DNA from: a virus
Lineage: Duplodnaviria > Caudoviricetes
Strand: one strand, 5' to 3'
IMG/VR virus record: IMGVR_UViG_3300045018_000072
Coordinates: 1-34,098 of that record
DNA length: 34,098 bases
In this document: piece by piece, positions 32,726-34,098 of the stretch
How positions within the stretch are numbered: the stretch's first letter is position 1
Layout: each line of letters begins with the position of its first letter
The notes under the pieces: model-generated
The model's database searches: none
What the model saw: only the letters and a program-made list of their open reading frames with translations
What the model was told of the DNA's origin: nothing
Translations under genes and position numbers: made by a program

Positions 32726-33630
32726 GCCGTCAGCCCTTCCCGTTCCGCAATGCTCTGGACCCACCGTCCGACAACTTCCGCGACCTGCGGCACGACCGCG
32801 TTGCCAAGACAACGGAGGCGAGCACGGCGGGCACGAGCGTCCAGCCATCCGGGAACCCCATCAGGGCCTCCACGAACGAAGGAGAAAGCACGCGGCCGGG
32901 TGGGCGCACAGTTGGGATGCCGCTGGAGATAGTCGCGCCATCCGTCTGCGTCGTCGGGCCCGGGAGGCCAGTCATGGCATACGCTGGTCGCTTGCCGCCG
33001 TTCCCTGCGTATCGTGCCTGCGCCATGTCCTCTGGCGTCTCCATCCCTGCGGTCGGCGACGGCCATGTCCTCGCCTGCCTGTCCAGCCCCGCCTCCCCCT
33101 TCCGCTCGCCACCCCGGCTGCGAAACGAATCCGCGCCCGGCGTCTGCCAGCCATCCGACGACGAAGATCCGGTGCCGTCTGTGCGGTGCTCCAACGTCGC
33201 ACGCTCCGATACGACACCACTCCGCATCGTACCCGAGGTCGGCCAGCGAACGGAGCACGTCTCCGAAGGCGGTGCCCCGGTTTGCCCGGAGCAGGCCGGG
33301 TACGTTCTCCACGACGACAAGGCGCGGTCGTAGCACGCACAGAACCCGCTCAAACTCCGGCCACAGCCACCGATGATCGGCTTGCGCTCGGGCCTTGCCC
33401 GCACACGAGACGGGCGGGCAGGGGAAGCCGCCGCAGATGAGGTCGGGTCGGACAGCAGAAGCGTCAACTGCTCTGACATCGGGATACCTCGTCATGCCGG
33501 GCCAATGCCGCTCCAGGACTTCGCGGCAGTACGGGTCACATTCGCACTGCCAGATCGTCGGCCCGAGGCCAGCGCGCTCAAGGCCAAGCTCCAGGCCGCC
33601 GATCCCACTGAACAGTGAGCCGATGGTCAC
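32722..33630 (-). CDS. DNA (cytosine-5) methyltransferase, main (alpha) polypeptide
   Basis: GTG at 33630 is coupled to the upstream stop. Motifs I LFSGIGG, IV GFPCPPVS, VI VENVPGL, VIII HRRHRIFVVG and X LGNAVVPQVA. Confidence 0.93.
   Translation of the reverse strand: MTIGSLFSGIGGLELGLERAGLGPTIWQCECDPYCREVLERHWPGMTRYPDVRAVDASAVRPDLICGGFPCPPVSCAGKARAQADHRWLWPEFERVLCVLRPRLVVVENVPGLLRANRGTAFGDVLRSLADLGYDAEWCRIGACDVGAPHRRHRIFVVGWLADAGRGFVSQPGWRAEGGGGAGQAGEDMAVADRRDGDARGHGAGTIRRERRQATSVCHDWPPGPDDADGWRDYLQRHPNCAPTRPRAFSFVRGGPDGVPGWLDARARRARLRCLGNAVVPQVAEVVGRWVQSIAEREGLTA
32730..33479 (-). CDS. Nested +1-frame polypeptide (putative beta subunit of the C5-MTase, carrying motif IX)
   Basis: A 249-aa ORF entirely inside the MTase gene, with SD GAGGT 6 nt before its ATG. 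RVLSPSFVEALMGFPDGWT resembles C5-MTase motif IX. Confidence 0.72.
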   Translation of the reverse strand: MSEQLTLLLSDPTSSAAASPARPSRVRARPERKPIIGGCGRSLSGFCACYDRALSSWRTYPACSGQTGAPPSETCSVRWPTSGTMRSGVVSERATLEHRTDGTGSSSSDGWQTPGADSFRSRGGERKGEAGLDRQARTWPSPTAGMETPEDMAQARYAGNGGKRPAYAMTGLPGPTTQTDGATISSGIPTVRPPGRVLSPSFVEALMGFPDGWTLVPAVLASVVLATRSCRRSRKLSDGGSRALRNGKG

Positions 33631-33818
33631 GGCTCCTCCTCCCGCTCTCGCCGCAGCGCCGCTAGGGCGTCGGCCAGGGCGCGGGCAGCGCACTCGCCCT
33701 CCTCGACCTCGTGCGCCCACACCTGGACGCCCAGGACGGCCGTGGTGCGCGTCCCGTGCATCCGCGTGCAGTAGAGTTCCTCCCAAGCTTCCTCGACCCG
33801 CTTCTCGGCCTCAGTCAT
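33627..33818 (-). CDS. Hypothetical protein (63 aa, MTEAEKRVEEAWEEL...)
   Basis: SD GGAGGG; ATGA and GTGA coupling at both ends. Confidence 0.6.
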   Translation of the reverse strand: MTEAEKRVEEAWEELYCTRMHGTRTTAVLGVQVWAHEVEEGECAARALADALAALRREREEEP

Positions 33819-34051
33819 GTTCCCTCCGGCTTCTCGCGGTCTGTCATCGCCCACCCAAGCACGCCAACCTCTTGCTCGAAGTAGAGCCGCCTTCCGTCGC
33901 GCACAACGCGCACACCCTTGATGTCGCCACGGAGCGCCTGCGCAACAAGGCACGCCCGCGCCGAAGCATCGCTCGCGTAGTGATGCTTGATACCGTCCAC
34001 GAGATCCTTGACCAGCACCCTGCCCTGTGCGACCCGCTCTCGCACTACCAT
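33815..34051 (-). CDS. Hypothetical protein (78 aa; true start may differ)
   Basis: Protein-like composition. The stop overlaps the next start. Confidence 0.5.
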   Translation of the reverse strand: MVVRERVAQGRVLVKDLVDGIKHHYASDASARACLVAQALRGDIKGVRVVRDGRRLYFEQEVGVLGWAMTDREKPEGT

Positions 34052-34098
34052 GCACGTCTCGCGCCACGGAGACCAGTACGAAGACGTTGCGTTGCCGG

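Noticed and set aside
1-34098. Interpretation as a tailocin, eCIS or T6SS locus, or presence of integrase, att sites or IS elements
   Set aside because: Terminase, portal, scaffold and capsid genes show a complete phage head module. No integrase, transposase, terminal repeats or host genes are visible, so prophage versus free phage cannot be decided from this window.

Overview
A ~34 kb, high-GC (roughly 68-70% by eye) segment of a contractile-tailed (myovirus-type) phage or prophage. Every credible gene lies on the minus strand, and most are translationally coupled (ATGA/GTGA overlaps). In transcription order (right to left) the window holds: small ORFs, a C5-cytosine methyltransferase, an SLT-like lysin, a RusA-like resolvase and a ParB-fused amino-methyltransferase; a sigma70-like promoter and ~480 nt structured leader; putative terS, a PP-loop/PAPS-reductase-like three-gene cassette, and terL; a glycosyltransferase/methyltransferase cassette; portal, MuF, a Com-like zinc finger, scaffold and major capsid; then neck, sheath, tube, a chaperone with a -1 frameshift, tape measure and baseplate genes, running off the left edge. 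The most unusual items are: (1) a PP-loop enzyme, a partner protein and an uncalled 42-aa (GKG)7 peptide inserted between terS and terL; (2) a C5-MTase whose motif IX is encoded in a nested +1 frame with its own RBS; (3) an initiator-like tRNA-Met(CAT) cloverleaf inside a same-strand CDS; (4) two long, hairpin-dense intergenic regions; (5) a Com-like gene followed by an SD-sequestering hairpin; (6) a portal with a C-terminal HExxE domain. All calls come from motifs and gene order read by eye. No database search or folding program was run.
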